A stretch of 64,000 nucleotides of DNA from an uncultured Alphaproteobacteria bacterium (GCA_937995535.1 CALKJU010000067.1:25-64024), one strand, 5' to 3'; shown: positions 1 through 8,934, counted from the stretch's first letter. Notes: generated by a model not told the origin, from the sequence alone. A program made the numbers and translations.

Positions 1-174
1 GCCGACGCGCTTCGCGACCGCCTCGGCACCGCGCACGTCTTCGTCCCCAGCCGCCGCGGCGACCGCTATTGCATCCACGCCGAGAAGACCTGCTACAAGA
101 ACGGCCGCCCCGACTGGAGCGACACCCGCGACGTCTACGGCAAGCACGCGGCGCGTAGGTTACGCGGCGGCTAA
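1..174 (+). CDS. C-terminal 57 codons of an unidentified gene that begins left of the window
   Basis: Frame +1 is open from nt 1 to TAA 172-174 (..HVFVPSRRGDRYCIHAEKTCYKNGRPDWSDTRDVYGKHAARRLRGG*). GC-rich third positions match local coding DNA. The fragment is too short for family assignment. Confidence 0.45.
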   Translation, partial: ADALRDRLGTAHVFVPSRRGDRYCIHAEKTCYKNGRPDWSDTRDVYGKHAARRLRGG

Positions 175-235
175 ATGGTCGAGCCACGATGCTGCATGAA
201 GTATCGAGCCTCTTTGCCGAACGGCCTACCCGATC

Positions 236-910
236 ATGACGTTCTTCGGAGGGCTTTGGTCATGGTTGAGGCGTCTCCGTGTGTGGCTCTGGCGGCCACA
301 CATGTTTTATGTTCTGGTGACTGGCTTGGTTTTACCCTTTCTGTCACATCGCCTTTTCCCGTCCGAGGAAACAATCAGATATTGTTCGTTGGCGTTGCAG
401 GTCGCGGGCTCGCTCGTCGTCATATGGGACATCGAGACCAGGCGACGATACTTCGGTCTGGATGGTCTGCCCGCAGCGGTACGGACTTGGATCGGGGATT
501 TCCCTCGACTGCGACCGAAGCCGACGCGGATCCCAATCGAACTTAAGATTGCGGGCAGTGAGATCGTTGAAATCTCCCTCTGGTACCCCGACAACCGGGA
601 TGCGCCACTGGAAGACCGAATATCGGGTTTAGTTCGCAACCTTGATGACCTGCGCAGCACAGTCGAGGCGCTGGAGTCTAAAGTTAAGGGATCGAACGCC
701 AACCTCGAGAAGCAGCTGAGACAGCAATCTGTCGAGAGCGAGAGAAAAATCGCGGAGACCGAAAAAAAGATCATCGAGTCGCAGACCTCGGGCAGGTACC
801 CCATGCTCGTAGGCGTCCTGTGGGTCATCATGGGCACAGTGACTGGCGCGTTGGCACCGGAGATCACGCGCTGGTTGGAGCCTTCGGTCCCGAGCGTTCC
901 GGCGCCGTGA
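236..910 (+). CDS. hypothetical membrane protein: two N-terminal TM helices, central coiled coil, C-terminal TM helix
   Basis: 224-aa ORF with hydrophobic spans FYVLVTGLVLPFL, YCSLALQVAGSLVVIW and YPMLVGVLWVIMGTVTGAL. Charged heptad-like segment LDDLRSTVEALESKVKGSNANLEKQLRQQSVESERKIAETEKKIIES. About 55 % GC versus about 69 % in the rest of the window. Alternative start ATG 302. No family recognised. Confidence 0.6.
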   Translation: MTFFGGLWSWLRRLRVWLWRPHMFYVLVTGLVLPFLSHRLFPSEETIRYCSLALQVAGSLVVIWDIETRRRYFGLDGLPAAVRTWIGDFPRLRPKPTRIPIELKIAGSEIVEISLWYPDNRDAPLEDRISGLVRNLDDLRSTVEALESKVKGSNANLEKQLRQQSVESERKIAETEKKIIESQTSGRYPMLVGVLWVIMGTVTGALAPEITRWLEPSVPSVPAP

Positions 911-1125
911 GCCGGCGTGTCGGCTTGAGCCGAGCGGCGTCTAACTTGGTCATGGGTTCGAGACTTCGGCTGGAGTGCGCCGCCACCGGACCGCTGCCGC
1001 CGTCGTCTCCCGCTCGCTGATTGGTGGCCCGCAGCGTTGGCCCGCCGAGCTGGTCGGCGCTCTGGCAGTGACCTTCCCTGTTCTTTCGGACCACGGTTAG
1101 CTTGAGACGGCGTCCCTTGCTTGTT

Positions 1126-1455
1126 GCCTCTCGCGAGGCGGCTGGAGGTCCAGGCCGACCCGCCGCGGGCGGTGGACCCGATCCGGTCCACCGTCGGCTG
1201 CCCAATGCCGGCAGCCTCGGCCAGCGCTGCCTGCGACAGCCCGCGCTACTCGCGCAGCGCACGGACGCGGTGGATGCCCTCGACGATTGGCTCGGTCACC
1301 TCCAGCGGCAGGACGTACTCGTTAGAGTCCGCGAGGGCCTGGGCAGCGGCGGCAATGTCGGCACGGTCCTCGAGCCGCTCCCACTCGGCGATCGGCAGCA
1401 CCACATGCGTGCGCCGGCCCGCCCGCTCGATATCGGCGAGCTTGGTCATGAACAT
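1126..1455 (-). pseudogene. Phd/YefM-like N-domain + XRE helix-turn-helix antitoxin, interrupted by an in-frame TAG
   Basis: ORF 1246-1455 (MFMTKLADIERAGRRTHVVLPIAEWERLEDRADIAAA..RVRALRE) stops at TAG 1246-1248, where related fusion antitoxins as I recall them carry Tyr (RE-Y-RGLSQ). The same frame continues RGLSQAALAEAAGIGQPTVDRIGSTARGGSAWTSSRLARG, a typical XRE HTH. No natural stop is evident downstream. Confidence 0.6.
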
Positions 1456-1588
1456 CCCCTCGGGAGCCGATCCGCACCAGGAGCGCGACCAGCTGGTCGT
1501 ACTCCAGCCGATTGATCACGCACGAGTCGCCCACGCGCAGCCGCAGGAGTGCGGCCGAGCGCGTCAGCGTGATCTTGGATACGTCTAG
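1451..1588 (-). pseudogene. 5'-truncated RelE/ParE-family toxin remnant
   Basis: The minus-strand frame reads LDVSKITLTRSAALLRLRVGDSCVINRLEYDQLVALLVRIGSRGDV, resembling the C-terminal RelE/ParE signature (RLRVGDYRvIY..d..l.vl.v.igHRrdvY). There is an in-frame TGA at 1637-1639 and no ATG/GTG/TTG before the conserved part, and the normal stop is lost. It lies directly upstream of the antitoxin remnant. Confidence 0.5.
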
Positions 1589-1705
1589 AGTAAACTGATC
1601 GGTATGGCTTGCCCGACGCGGCGACGAAGGGGGTTGTCACGGCCACAAGTGGCGACTGCGCCTCCCGTGAAGCGGGATGCGATCGGGTGCCTCGTCTTCG
1701 CCGGC

Positions 1706-2191
1706 TCAACCCTCCGGGTGGCGGATCGTGTGCAGCTCGTCGGCGACCTTCTCGGCGAGGAAGGCCAGCCAGGTGATCCCGGCCAGGGGGAAGGCCACGA
1801 ACATCCAGATCATCGGCAGCTCGGCGATCTCCGAGGTCTGGTTCCAGCCGAACCGAACGAAGCGCCAGCCGTAGACGGTGAAGATCACCGCGACCACAGC
1901 GACCGCGAGGTGCACGAGGAGGCGCAGGAGCGCCGCGCGGCGCGGATCGCGCGGCTGCGGCAGCAGATCGACGGCGAAATGCGTGCCGTCGCGGACCGCG
2001 ATCATGGCCCCGATCAGGATGATCCAGACGAAGCAGAACCGCGCCACCTCCTCGGTCCAGAGATAGCGCGGGATGATCCCGCCATAGCGCGACAGGACCT
2101 GCATCGTGACCGGCACGACGAGCGCCGCCATGAGCAGCGTGAGCGCGACGCGCAGCACCGCGTACCAGAGATCGAGCAGGCGCCGCAGCAT
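1706..2191 (-). CDS. dctQ: TRAP transporter small permease (DctQ family)
   Basis: 161-aa four-TM protein with the typical DctQ N-terminus (LLDLWYAVLRVALTLLMAALVVPVTMQVLSRY) and EEVARFCFVWIILIGA. It sits directly downstream of a DctP gene. Confidence 0.85.
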   Translation of the reverse strand: MLRRLLDLWYAVLRVALTLLMAALVVPVTMQVLSRYGGIIPRYLWTEEVARFCFVWIILIGAMIAVRDGTHFAVDLLPQPRDPRRAALLRLLVHLAVAVVAVIFTVYGWRFVRFGWNQTSEIAELPMIWMFVAFPLAGITWLAFLAEKVADELHTIRHPEG

Positions 2192-2233
2192 CGCGGGTGA
2201 CCCGGCCGGGCCGCTCCCGGCCGGGCCCGAGCC

Positions 2234-3226
2234 CTAGCGGACGGCGTCGACCGCGGCCAGCACCGCGGCGGCGTCGAGTTCCTCGGCATAGGCCTGGATG
2301 ACCGGGCGGGCGAGCGCCAGCATCTCCGCGCGGTCGGTGAACTCGACCGTCTGCAGCAGACCCTTGTCCTTCATCGCCTGGAGCTTCTCGGCGTCCTGGC
2401 CGCTTTCCAGCTCGCGGCCGAAGGCGCCGGCCTCCGCCCCGGCGGCGAGGATGCACTGCTGCAGCTTCTCCGGCAGCCGCTCGAAGGTCTTGTTGGCGAT
2501 GCAGAGCGGCCGCACGGTGATGGCGTGCTGGGTCAGTGCGACGTAGGGCCCGACCTCGTAGAACTTCATCTGCTCGATGCCGGCCGCCTCGTTCTCGGCC
2601 GCCTTGATCACCCCGGTCTGGATGGCGTTGTAGACCTCGTTGTAGGCGATCACGGTCGGGGCGGCGCCGAGCGCGTCGAACACCCGGCTCCAGATCGGCG
2701 CGCCCTGCATGCGGATCGGCAGGCCCTTCAGCTCCGCCATGTTGCCGACCGGGACGTTGGCGAAGATGTTGCGCGTCCCGCCGCCGGCATAGCCGATCAA
2801 CCGGACGTCGGCCTTGGCGAGGATGTCGTCGGCGATCGGCCTGATCGCGTCGGCGGCCAGCACCTTTCGCCAGTGATCGGCGTCGCGGAACAGGAACGGC
2901 GCGTCCATGAGCGGCGCCATCTTCGAGAAGGTCGACATGTGCGCGGGCGAGACGACCGCGTAGTCGACCGACAGACCCTGGCTCATATAGGCGAAATAGT
3001 CCTTCTCGAGGCCGAGCTCGGAATTGAGGTGCAGCTCGAACTCGACGGGGCCATCGGTGTAGCAGGCCGTCACCAGCTCCTCGAACTTGCGCATCGTCTT
3101 GGTGAAGGCGTGGTTCTCGTCGAACTGGCTGGCACCGATGAGCTTGATGGCATCCTGCGCGCCGGCGGCGCCACCGAGCAGCAGCGCGCTCGCGGTGGCG
3201 GCGGTGAGCATCGTGCGGCGCAACAT
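2234..3226 (-). CDS. dctP: TRAP transporter substrate-binding protein (DctP family)
   Basis: 330 aa with a signal peptide (MLRRTMLTAATASALLLGGAAGAQD) and DctP-like core (LHLNSELG, RMQGAPIW, YNAIQTGVIKAAEN). Confidence 0.9.
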   Translation of the reverse strand: MLRRTMLTAATASALLLGGAAGAQDAIKLIGASQFDENHAFTKTMRKFEELVTACYTDGPVEFELHLNSELGLEKDYFAYMSQGLSVDYAVVSPAHMSTFSKMAPLMDAPFLFRDADHWRKVLAADAIRPIADDILAKADVRLIGYAGGGTRNIFANVPVGNMAELKGLPIRMQGAPIWSRVFDALGAAPTVIAYNEVYNAIQTGVIKAAENEAAGIEQMKFYEVGPYVALTQHAITVRPLCIANKTFERLPEKLQQCILAAGAEAGAFGRELESGQDAEKLQAMKDKGLLQTVEFTDRAEMLALARPVIQAYAEELDAAAVLAAVDAVR

Positions 3227-3330
3227 GGCGGGCCTCCCCTCCCTGGCCTGATCGTCGCCGGACCTTGCCGGATCGCCGCCCGCCTGTCACGGGTCGCGGC
3301 AGGGCGGGCGGGTCGCGGGGAGGTGCTGCC

Positions 3331-3747
3331 GTGACGGACGGGATCGAGGCGCTGCGCGGGCGCCGTGCGCGGTTCAGCAAGACGGTGGGCGAGAGCGACA
3401 TCTATCTGTTCGCCGGGATCAGCGGCGACTTCGCCCGGGCGCATGTCGACGAGGCCTGGTGCGCGCGCCAGCCGTTCGGCCGCCGGGTGGCGCACGGGGT
3501 ACTGCTGATGAGCTTCATGTCGACCTGCTCGACGCTGGTGCTCGACGGCTTCGAGGGCGCCGCGCTGTCGCTCGGCTACGACCGGGTGCGCTTCACGAGG
3601 CCGGTGCACATCGGCGACACCGTCACCTGCACCTACGAGATCGTCGCCGTGGACGCGGCACGCCGGCGCACGACCGGGCGGATCGAGATGACCAACCAGG
3701 ACGGCGCGACCGTCGCGGTCGCCACCCACATCCTCAAGGTGCTCTGA
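3331..3747 (+). CDS. MaoC-like (R)-hydratase/dehydratase hot-dog fold protein
   Basis: Contains SDIYLFAGISGDFARAHVDEAW..RRVAHGVLL, a MaoC dehydratase-like motif. GTG 3331 is preceded by GGGGAGG; the ORF is open from 3265. Confidence 0.75.
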   Translation: MTDGIEALRGRRARFSKTVGESDIYLFAGISGDFARAHVDEAWCARQPFGRRVAHGVLLMSFMSTCSTLVLDGFEGAALSLGYDRVRFTRPVHIGDTVTCTYEIVAVDAARRRTTGRIEMTNQDGATVAVATHILKVL

Positions 3748-3748
3748 G

Positions 3749-4564
3749 ATGTCGACCCCGCGCGGCGCCACCGACACGCACATGCACTTCTACGGGCCCT
3801 ATGCGCGCTGGCCGCTTTCGCCGCTGTCGCCGAACCGCCCGCCCGAGGCGCTCGTCGCCGACTATGCGCAGGTGCAGCGGCGGCTCGGCCTCGAGCGGGT
3901 GGTGGTGGTCCAGCCGGCGGGGTACCGGACCGACAACCGTTGCACGATGGCGGCCGTGGCCGACATCGGCGCTACGGCCCGCGCGGTGGTGGTCGTCGAG
4001 CCGGAGGCATCCGAGACCGAGCTCGTCACCTTGCGCGACGGCGGCGCGGTGGGGCTGCGCGTGTTCATGCTGCCGGGCGGGATCTACCGCTTCGTGCAGA
4101 TCCCCGATCTCGCGGCACGCACGGCCGGTGTCGGCTGGCATCTCCAGCTCCAGCTCGACGGGCGCCTGCTGCCCGAGCACGAGGCGATGCTGACGCCGCT
4201 CGCCCGCGCCGGCCGGCTGGTGATCGACCATACCGGCAAGTTCCTCGAGCCGGTCACGGCCGACCACCCAGCTTTTCTCGTTTTGCGGCGGCTGGTGGAC
4301 GCGGGCGCCTTCGTCAAGCTCTCGGCACCCTATGAGACGTCCAAGGTCGGGCCGCCGGGCTACGACGACGTCGCGGCGCTCGCCCGCGTGCTCGTCACAC
4401 AGGCACCCGAGCGGATGCTGTGGGCGACGAACTGGCCGCATCCCGGTCACGCGCCCAAGGACGAGCAGGCGCTCCTCGACTGGCTGGGCATGCTCGTGCC
4501 GGACGAGGCGACGCGCCGCCGCATCCTGGTCGACAACCCGGCGCGGCTCTACGGGTTCGCGTAA
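3749..4564 (+). CDS. amidohydrolase-2 family hydrolase (LigI / 2-pyrone-4,6-dicarboxylate lactonase-like)
   Basis: 271 aa. N-terminal metal motif DTHMHFYGP and C-terminal WATNWPHP..DNPARLYGF are typical of PF04909-type amidohydrolases. It starts 2 nt after the MaoC stop. Confidence 0.8.
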   Translation: MSTPRGATDTHMHFYGPYARWPLSPLSPNRPPEALVADYAQVQRRLGLERVVVVQPAGYRTDNRCTMAAVADIGATARAVVVVEPEASETELVTLRDGGAVGLRVFMLPGGIYRFVQIPDLAARTAGVGWHLQLQLDGRLLPEHEAMLTPLARAGRLVIDHTGKFLEPVTADHPAFLVLRRLVDAGAFVKLSAPYETSKVGPPGYDDVAALARVLVTQAPERMLWATNWPHPGHAPKDEQALLDWLGMLVPDEATRRRILVDNPARLYGFA

Positions 4565-4576
4565 GCCCAAGTCGGT

Positions 4577-6406
4577 TCACAAGGGCCACACCCAGAGGAG
4601 CATCGGCACGCCGATCGCGACGACGAGCAGCTCGAGCGGCAGGCCGAGGCGCCAGTAGTCGCCGAACCGGAACCCCCCGGGGCCGAGGATCAGCGTGTTG
4701 TTCTGGTGCCCGATGGGTGTCAGGAAGGCGCAGGAGGCACCCACCGCCACCGCCATCAGGAACGGGTCGGCGCTCACGCCGAGGCCGGCCGCGGTGCTCA
4801 CCGCGATCGGGCACATCATCGCCGCGGTGGCGGCGTTGTTGACGAAGTCCGAGACCGTCATGGTCGCGACGAGAACCAGCGCGAGGGCCAAGGTGACCTG
4901 GCCGGACGGCAGGGCGTCCAGCGCCGCCAGGGCCACGAGCTCCGCGGTGCCGGTCGTGGCCATCGCCTCGGCCACCGGGATCAGCGCGCCGAGCAGCACG
5001 ATGACCGGCCAGTCGATGGCCGTGTAGACGGCGCGCGGCGGCACGACGCGGGTCGCCATGGCGGCGAGGACGCCCGCGGCGAAGGCCACGGCCGGAGGGA
5101 ACAGGCCCGCGGTCGCCACCGCCAGCGCCGCCAGCATGATCGCGCCGGCGAGGACGATCCGCCGCCGCGCCGGCAGACGCAGTGGCCGTTCGGCCAGCGG
5201 CACGCAGGCGAACTCGCTCGCGAACTCGGCGATGCTCTCGGCCGCACCCTGCATCAGCAGCACGTCGCCCGGCTGCAAGGGCAGGCTGCGCAGGCGCGCA
5301 TAGGTGCGCTCGCCGCGCCGCGAGACCGCGAGGAGGTTGATCCCGAAGCGCGTCCGCAGCCGGATGTCGGTCGCGGAGCGACCGGCGAGCGGCGAGGCGG
5401 GCAGGACCGCGAGCTCGAGCAGGACGATGTCGTCGGCCGCCTCGGCTTTGCCCTGGCTTCGTGCGGGCGATGCCGGGGGCGCTGTCCCGTCCTCCCTGGC
5501 CGGCTCCGGTTCCTCCTTGGCCTCCTCGAGCCGCAGCCCGAGCGTCGTCAGGCCGGACGCCAGGGCCTCCGGCTCCGCCTCGAGCTGCAGGATGTCGCCG
5601 GCGCGCACCCGCCAGTGCGGCCGTGGCGCCGCCAATCGGACCTCGCCGCGGACCAGCCCGATCACCTGGACGTCGGCATCGACCAGGGCGCGCTCGACTT
5701 CGCCCAGGGTCATGCCGATCGCCTTCGCCTTCTCGGGTACCCGCGCCTCGGTCAGATAGGCGGCGGTCTCGAAGCCCTCGACACCGGCCCGGCGACGATC
5801 CGGCACCAGCCGCCAGCCGAGCAGGGTGATGAAGGCGATGCCGGACAGCGCGACGACCAGCCCGACCGGGGTGAAGTCGAACATGCCGAACGAGGCGCCG
5901 CCGCCGTTCTCGGCGCGGAACGCGGCGACGATGAGATTCGGCGGGGTGCCGATCAGCGTCGTCATGCCACCGAGGATCGAGGCGAAGGCGAGGGGCATCA
6001 GCAGCCGCCCCGGCGGCAGTCCCTGTTTCGCCGCGACCTGCAGCGCAACGGGCATGAGCAGTGCCAGCGCGCCGACATTGTTCATGAACGCCGACAGAGC
6101 CGCGACCAGCAGGCACAGCGCGGCGATGGTCGAGGCCGGACCGGCGTCGGCCGGCAGGACGCGATGCGCCAGCAGGTCGATGGCGCCCGAGGTCTGCAGC
6201 CCGCGGCTCAGCACGAGCACACAGGCGACGGTGATCACCGCAGGGTGGCCGAAGCCGGCGAACGCCGAGCCGGCCGGCACCAGCCCGGTCGCGACACAGG
6301 CGAGCAGCGCCGCCAACGCCACCATGTCGTGACGCCAGCGGCCCCAGGCGAACATCCCGATCGTGCCGGCGAGCACGATCAACATCACGATCTGATCGGC
6401 GGTCAT
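4577..6406 (-). CDS. SLC13/DASS-family permease with two central TrkA-C (RCK-C) domains
   Basis: Polytopic membrane halves flank a soluble segment with two RCK-C-like repeats (LTEARVPEKAKAIGMTLGEVE.. and VLPASPLAGRSATDIRLRTRFGINLLAVSRRGE). Start is ATG 6406 (MTADQIVMLIVLAG) or upstream at 6439. Confidence 0.85.
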   Translation of the reverse strand: MTADQIVMLIVLAGTIGMFAWGRWRHDMVALAALLACVATGLVPAGSAFAGFGHPAVITVACVLVLSRGLQTSGAIDLLAHRVLPADAGPASTIAALCLLVAALSAFMNNVGALALLMPVALQVAAKQGLPPGRLLMPLAFASILGGMTTLIGTPPNLIVAAFRAENGGGASFGMFDFTPVGLVVALSGIAFITLLGWRLVPDRRRAGVEGFETAAYLTEARVPEKAKAIGMTLGEVERALVDADVQVIGLVRGEVRLAAPRPHWRVRAGDILQLEAEPEALASGLTTLGLRLEEAKEEPEPAREDGTAPPASPARSQGKAEAADDIVLLELAVLPASPLAGRSATDIRLRTRFGINLLAVSRRGERTYARLRSLPLQPGDVLLMQGAAESIAEFASEFACVPLAERPLRLPARRRIVLAGAIMLAALAVATAGLFPPAVAFAAGVLAAMATRVVPPRAVYTAIDWPVIVLLGALIPVAEAMATTGTAELVALAALDALPSGQVTLALALVLVATMTVSDFVNNAATAAMMCPIAVSTAAGLGVSADPFLMAVAVGASCAFLTPIGHQNNTLILGPGGFRFGDYWRLGLPLELLVVAIGVPMLLWVWPL

Positions 6407-6508
6407 GCGTACACCGCCCGTGCGGATGACACAGGCCACCGGCAGCCACGGAATTCGCGCCGCGTCAGCAGGGGCTTGAGCCTCGCGCGGCGGAGTCGTT
6501 CCCCCACT

Positions 6509-6868
6509 TCACGCGCACGGCCGCAGCTCGACCGGCTCCGTGGCGTCGGCCGGCCCCGAGACGGCGAGGCAGGCGGTGTCGCTACAGAGACGCCAGTCCG
6601 GCACCGTGTCCGAGCGCGCGAGCCGGAGCGACGGGAGCGAGCGGTTCGGCTGCCATCGCCACCAGCCGTCCTCGGCCACGGCATCCGGACCGGGCTCCAT
6701 CCCGGCGCCGCTGCCTTTGACGCGCGCCACCGTCAGCACGAGCCGGTCGTGGTCGACCCGCCACTCTTCCTCCCACGCGGTCCGCTCGACGGAATGCGTC
6801 CAGGCGAGGGTGAATGTCGCCAGCGCGAGGCGCGTGACGACCTCCCCGACGACCACGCACAGCGCCAT
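6509..6868 (-). CDS. DUF1850 domain protein (TAXI-TRAP associated)
   Basis: 119 aa (MALCVVVGEVVTRLALATFTLAWTHSVERTAWEEEWRV..). Its ATG overlaps the stop of the upstream TRAP permease (ATGA at 6866-6870). This is the usual genomic context for DUF1850. Confidence 0.7.
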   Translation of the reverse strand: MALCVVVGEVVTRLALATFTLAWTHSVERTAWEEEWRVDHDRLVLTVARVKGSGAGMEPGPDAVAEDGWWRWQPNRSLPSLRLARSDTVPDWRLCSDTACLAVSGPADATEPVELRPCA

Positions 6869-8919
6869 CACCCGGCGACCGCCGTGGCGCGCGCGCGCGT
6901 CCGCCACCAGTGCCAGCCGAGGACCAGCGCCGCCACGCCGAAGCCGATCTCGTCGGTGATCGGCAGGGCGACGACGAGCGAGCCGGCACCGCCGAGGGCG
7001 AGCAGGCGTAGCGGCCACTCCACCGGCCCGCGGAGATGCCCGATCACGGCGGTACCCCACAGGGCGATGGCGAGCAGCGCCTTGAACAGGATGTAGGCGA
7101 CCGCCGGCCAGTAGCCGATCGTGGCGGCGATCGCCCCGCCGTCCTGGAGCATCAGGGCGGGGGTGTAGACGGCCATGAACGGGACCGCAAAACCGGCGAC
7201 GGCGATGCGCACGGCGTTGACCCCGATGACCAGCGGCGGGGCCTTGGCGATCGGGGCGGCGGCGAAGGCGGCGAGCGCCACCGGAGGGGTCAGGTCGGCC
7301 ATGATCCCGAAGTAGAACACGAACATGTGGCTGACCAGGAGCGGCACGCCGAGCTCGAGCAGCGCCGGCCCGGCGATCGACGAAGTGATGATGTAGTTGG
7401 GGATGGTCGGGATCCCCATGCCGAGGACGAGGCAGGTCAGCATGGTCAGCACGAGCGACAGGAAAAGGCTGCTCTCGCCGACCTGGACGATGACACGGAC
7501 GAAGGTCGTGGCAGCGCCGGTGAGGGTCAGGGTGGCGATGATGATGCCGACCAGCGCGCAGGCGACACCCACCGGCAGCGCCTGACGCGCCCCCTCGGCG
7601 AGGCTGTCGCGGCACAGCCGCAGGGTCTCGCCGAGCCCGCGCCACCAGCACAGGGCGACCAGCGCCGCGATGAGCAGGAGTACGGCGTCGATACCCCAGC
7701 GGAGGAAGCCGGAGGCGGCAATGCCGACGAGCAGCCAGAAGCCGACCCGGGCGGTCAGCGTGCCGAACTGACCGGCGAGCGGTGTGGCCAGGACCAGGAC
7801 CGCGGTCAGGGCGAGGCCGACCGTGCCCGAGAACAGCGGCGTGTAGCCACTGAACAGGAGCCAGACCAGGGCGGCGAGCGGCAAGATCAGGTGCCAGCGC
7901 TCACGCAGGGCGGTCAGCGCGTCCGGGCACTCGGCGCGCGACAGGCCGGCGAGGCCGAGGCGCCCGGCCTCGAGATGGACCATCCAGAACGCCGTGAGGA
8001 AATAGAGGACCGCCGGGATCAGCGCCGCCTTGCAGACCTCGAGGTAGGGCACGTTGATCGTCTCGGCCATGATGAAGGCGACGGCGCCCATGACCGGCGG
8101 CATGATCTGGCCGCCCATGCTCGAGGTCGCCTCGACGGCGCCGGCGAAGGCCGGGCGGTAGCCGAACCGCTTCATCAGCGGGATCGTGAACTGGCCGGTG
8201 GTCACGACGTTGGCGACGCCGGAGCCGTTGATCGTCCCCATCAGGCCCGAGGAGACGACGGCGACCTTGCCGGGACCGCCCCTGGTGTGGCCGACGGTGC
8301 CCAGCGCGACGTCGGTGAAGAGCCGGATCATGCCCGCACGCTCGAGGAACGCGCCGAACAGGATGAACAGGAAGATGAAGCTGGAGGAGACGTAGGTCGG
8401 GACCCCGTAGATGCCCTCCGTGCCGCCCCACATCTGCTCGACGACCTGGGCGAAGTCGTAGCCGCGGTGGTTGAGCGGCCGTGGCAGATGCTGCCCGAAC
8501 AGGGCGTAGGCGAGAAAGGCGGCGCAGATCAGCGGCAAGGCCGCGCCCATCAGCCGCCGCGCCACCTCGAACACCAATGCCACGGTGATCACGCCGACGA
8601 CGAGATCCGCGGTCGTCGGATCGCCGGCGCGCACGATCAGCTCGTCATGATAGACCCAGTGATAGAGGCCCAGCAGGAACCCGAGCACGCCCAGCGCCCA
8701 GTCGCGCCAGAAGGCAACGCCGCCGGGTCGTGCATTGGCCAGCAGGGCGAGCGTCAGCAGCAGCAGGAAGCCGACATGGACCGAGCGGACCACCTGGCTC
8801 GGCAGCGGGCTGTAGGCGGCCGTCCAGAGCTGGAAGACCGAGAACAGAATGGCGATGGCGAAGGCGAGCCGGGCCGGGGTCCCATGCCCCCAAGGCTGGC
8901 CGGCATGTGCCTCCGCCAT
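6868..8919 (-). CDS. TRAP transporter fused permease (TAXI-type, DctQ-DctM fusion)
   Basis: 683-aa polytopic membrane protein, placed between a TAXI binding protein and DUF1850. Motifs such as GGPGKVAVVSSGLMGTINGSGVANVVTTG are typical of the 4TM/12TM fused permease. Confidence 0.9.
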   Translation of the reverse strand: MAEAHAGQPWGHGTPARLAFAIAILFSVFQLWTAAYSPLPSQVVRSVHVGFLLLLTLALLANARPGGVAFWRDWALGVLGFLLGLYHWVYHDELIVRAGDPTTADLVVGVITVALVFEVARRLMGAALPLICAAFLAYALFGQHLPRPLNHRGYDFAQVVEQMWGGTEGIYGVPTYVSSSFIFLFILFGAFLERAGMIRLFTDVALGTVGHTRGGPGKVAVVSSGLMGTINGSGVANVVTTGQFTIPLMKRFGYRPAFAGAVEATSSMGGQIMPPVMGAVAFIMAETINVPYLEVCKAALIPAVLYFLTAFWMVHLEAGRLGLAGLSRAECPDALTALRERWHLILPLAALVWLLFSGYTPLFSGTVGLALTAVLVLATPLAGQFGTLTARVGFWLLVGIAASGFLRWGIDAVLLLIAALVALCWWRGLGETLRLCRDSLAEGARQALPVGVACALVGIIIATLTLTGAATTFVRVIVQVGESSLFLSLVLTMLTCLVLGMGIPTIPNYIITSSIAGPALLELGVPLLVSHMFVFYFGIMADLTPPVALAAFAAAPIAKAPPLVIGVNAVRIAVAGFAVPFMAVYTPALMLQDGGAIAATIGYWPAVAYILFKALLAIALWGTAVIGHLRGPVEWPLRLLALGGAGSLVVALPITDEIGFGVAALVLGWHWWRTRARATAVAG

Positions 8920-8934
8920 CCGAGGAGGCCCGCC

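Noticed and set aside
1-910. Assigning the left-edge gene pair to a named defence system (CBASS, Pycsar, or retron with a 2TM effector).
   Set aside because: Only 57 C-terminal residues of the upstream protein are visible and carry no diagnostic motif. The TM/coiled-coil ORF has no recognisable SLATT, cNMP-binding or other effector domain.
940-990. GGGTTCGAGAC motif resembling a tRNA T-loop (possible tRNA or att remnant at the island edge).
   Set aside because: The flanking bases do not form a T-stem, acceptor stem or anticodon arm, and no cloverleaf can be drawn. It is at best a heavily degraded fragment and is not reportable as a tRNA.
1600-1706. Possible dctM 5' remnant between the dctQ stop and the toxin remnant.
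   Set aside because: None of the three minus-strand frames gives a DctM-like hydrophobic N-terminus, and the stretch is too short to judge.
1446-3401. Very long ORFs antisense to or overlapping recognisable genes. Examples: 1446-3401(-), 4706-7096(+), 7036-9951(+), 11174-14023(-), 17844-20504(-), 43844-46249(+), 59108-60658(-).
   Set aside because: Their translations are Arg/Ala/Gly/Pro-rich low-complexity strings with no motifs, and they overlap genes with clear family signatures. This is the typical stop-codon-poor artefact of about 70 % GC DNA.
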